From an uncultured cyanobacterium (GTDB taxonomy: Bacteria; Cyanobacteriota; Cyanobacteriia; Cyanobacteriales; CAWUOF01): a stretch of 64,000 bases of DNA. Under the pieces are notes generated by a model. That model searched no databases and was not told the origin of the DNA. It saw only the letters and a list, made by a program, of their open reading frames with translations. Where the stretch lies: NCBI GenBank assembly GCA_963744145.1, contig CAVUSO010000001.1, positions 4,608,001-4,672,000 of the forward strand, written 5' to 3'. Each line of letters starts with the position of its first letter. The first letter of the stretch is position 1. The translations under genes and the position numbers were made by a program. Below are positions 63,001 through 64,000 of the stretch, piece after piece.

Positions 63001-63344
63001 TTCTCGTAATTTGCCTCACTCAACAGTAACAGTCGCTCACCTAATTCTAAATTCAATTCAGGGGATGCAAGAACGCGATCGCCAAATTCTTGCAGCCATT
63101 TGTCCCAATCTATATTCTGATTTTTGATCAAAAACACTTTGAGCTGGACACGAATACCATCCAATTTCACACTTTGGAGGAATGGCAAAAATATCTGTTC
63201 GCACTCACTAAAAGAAGGTTCTGGATCTGGAGGTGGAGGTGTCTGGGGTGGTGGGGATTTGAGGAAAAGTTGCTTGACTCGCTGCCACAGTTGGCACAGT
63301 TTTTGCCAGATGCGTTGGAACATAGGAGAATCTGGTGAACTCAT
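60015..63344 (-). CDS. TPR-repeat CHAT-domain (caspase-like) protease
   Basis: 10 near-identical 34-aa TPRs; CHAT motifs LSPHRDFHLLPLH, FHFTGHG (His), CLSACETG (Cys), VVSTLWEV, PYYWAGF. Confidence 0.93.
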   Translation of the reverse strand: MSSPDSPMFQRIWQKLCQLWQRVKQLFLKSPPPQTPPPPDPEPSFSECEQIFLPFLQSVKLDGIRVQLKVFLIKNQNIDWDKWLQEFGDRVLASPELNLELGERLLLLSEANYEKISKIAGKIGRELLARKPKNEGEDPKDLYNQGVARYYAGDLKGAIEAFDRAIALDPNFTASHHGRGNVLSELGRYNEAIEAFDRAIALDPNIAPPHHGRGTVLSKLGRYNEAIEAYDRAIALDPNIAPFHHGRGTVLSELGRYNEAIEAYDRAIALDPNIARPHTARGNVLANLGRYNEAIEAFDRAIALDPNIAPPHRARGNVLSELGRYNEAIEAYDRAIALDPNIARPHTARGNVLANLGRYNEAIEAFDRAIALDPNDAASHHGRGNVLSELGRYNEAIEAYDRAIALDPNDAASHHGRGNVLANLGRYNEAIEAYDRAIALDPNITASHHGRGNVLSELGRYNEAIEAYDRAIALDPNYAAPHGGRGIVLYHLGRYKEAIAAYDRALYIAKDQDWQSWNNRGLAFFDSDRYEEAIKNWDEGLKKYQESNPDYRLACGTLHQQKGEAHYKYGKRTNFQSVYFCKAKASYEQACEFLKSALIAKNYIITETYLEVLQALIIVCRALGDSQADEYLDQGTNLLENLRLDHDTPAEIKLRFNRKFSAFSQFKIEQLVQSGQQILALETAERRKNQSLKWMETGWQNPDQIDSPTFAQIQGLLTNQPQTAIIYWHLSPFSLTTFIIRHSGDPQVITTDIYPFTLDRKEHLSSLEEWLKTWKSEYQNSRKNKHKDAQNPSLKDWQKHLETSLNNLKEILNIETICQQYLTGITHLILSPHRDFHLLPLHYLFWEQNFTITYLPTIKMSRRFPRENSTPTNLLMVKDPSGTMVYSATESDLIINKYPQTHQLLNQQSADKNRVIVALQQGRDIFHFTGHGIHNFDNPEDSGLQLTQKELLTLTDIFELDFHRYNLICLSACETGLTSSQDLINEYVGLGSGFLAKGAKYVVSTLWEVEDIATANLMIKFYENLPDHAPPVALKQAQNWLRTVTKSNLIEWYEQLMTTIPEGSKCWRALQSSCNQIRQRPDIMEIKTYADPYYWAGFTITGYEASNEE
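61812..62873 (-). repeat. 102-bp tandem repeat array (10 units plus a partial unit) encoding TPRs
   Basis: Recurring GGGTCTAGGGCGATGGCGCGGTC...GCCTCGATCGCCTCGTTATATCTCCCTAA with 102-bp period; visibly more GC-rich than flanking DNA. Confidence 0.97.
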
Positions 63345-63384
63345 AAGAAAATATTAACAGAATTTTGTCCGGATTGGTAGGATT

Positions 63385-63514
63385 TGTAGGGGCGAGTTCA
63401 CCGATCAATTTTGTGACCAATCGATCACTATCATAACCCCGCCCAACCAACACAGATCACTCACAATTAACATTAAATTACAAATTTATCGGACAGGCAA
63501 GATGCCTGTCCCAC
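63385..63514. repeat. Two REP-like palindromes upstream of TPR-CHAT
   Basis: TGTAGGGGCGAGTT...AACCCCGCCC (63385-63444) and GGACAGGCAAGATGCCTGTCCCAC (63491-63514). Confidence 0.65.
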
Positions 63515-63756
63515 ACAATCTTACTGTACTTTATCAACAAGGAATGTGTTGTATTGACGGGATGATGGAGCGAGTTTCTAATATTGATTAGAGTAATTAA
63601 GGATTATTTGCGATCGCTTGATTCCAACTAGATATGGCTGAGAAATCGTCATAATTTAGTAGTCTTGACTGGCGATAAAATTCATGTTCTGATAAACTAA
63701 TATATGAGCGGAAAACCTGAATCTAACTATCAAATTGCTATCCCAGGAGAACCCAG

Positions 63757-64000
63757 ATGAGATTTATTAGTCCCAAAATTGATTATGCCTTTAAAAAAAT
63801 CTTCGGTTCGAGCCAAAGTGAACAAATTTTAATTAGTTTTCTGAATGCAATTATGTATAATGGGGAGAAAATCATTGAATCCCTCAATATTGTCAATCCC
63901 TATAATCCGGGTCAAGTGGTCAGTTTAAAGGAGTCTTATTTAGATGTAAAAGCGGTCTTAACCGATGGTTCAATAATTCTGATCGAAATGCAAATAGCTC
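63757..64000 (+). CDS. Rpn family recombination-promoting nuclease / putative transposase (5' part only)
   Basis: AGGAG SD, then MRFISPKIDYAFKKIFGS...LISFLNAI...SYLDVKAVLTDGSIILIEMQ (PD-(D/E)XK motif). Confidence 0.88.
   Translation, partial: MRFISPKIDYAFKKIFGSSQSEQILISFLNAIMYNGEKIIESLNIVNPYNPGQVVSLKESYLDVKAVLTDGSIILIEMQIA

Larger units (their letters stand above)
1..64000. repeat. HIP1 octamer GCGATCGC dispersed through the window
   Basis: Many perfect copies in coding and intergenic DNA (e.g. 10024, 25641, 25741, 41885, 54341), a cyanobacterial hallmark. Confidence 0.95.

Noticed and set aside
7013..63453. Many short ORFs nested in or antisense to long genes (e.g. 8413..8835, 10567..10857, 52272..52553, 54083..54388, 63090..63338)
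   Set aside because: Overlap well-supported CDSs and have no independent motifs
63600..63686. Possible TPR fragment on the minus strand (…FSAISSWNQAIANNP*)
   Set aside because: Too short, with no start context; may be chance
1..64000. tRNA, rRNA, prophage or integrase genes
   Set aside because: No recognisable signatures seen by eye; tRNAscan-SE and Infernal would be needed to exclude small RNAs

Overview
Cyanobacterial chromosomal window: AT-rich, dense in the HIP1 octamer GCGATCGC, and carrying chlH, sigA/rpoD, sat, short-form hisG, murJ and sfsA. The left 25 kb is a signalling cluster with three giant Ser/Thr kinase-AAA ATPase-GAF proteins (one ends in a His-kinase, two tandem paralogs end in PAS plus class III adenylate cyclase), an FAD oxidoreductase / acetoacetate-decarboxylase-like pair and an Rpn-type nuclease with an apparent internal start. 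The middle is mostly housekeeping, plus a pseudo-orthocaspase, a degenerate LRAT-domain protein and a low-GC GT2 gene. Three genes each carry a single-base lesion in a similar sequence context. The right 10 kb is accessory: two coiled-coil paralogs, a decayed ISL3 carrying three 24-28 bp mini-repeat insertions, an IS1 remnant and a helicase. The best candidate system is a three-gene minus-strand cassette: a CHAT (caspase-like) protease with an intact dyad and ten near-identical 102-bp TPR units whose variation is concentrated in helix A, a small helical protein, and a coiled-coil/2-TM protein. It looks like a diversifying sensor-protease-effector conflict module. No rRNA, tRNA or CRISPR array was seen. 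All calls come from reading motifs by eye; no database searches were run.
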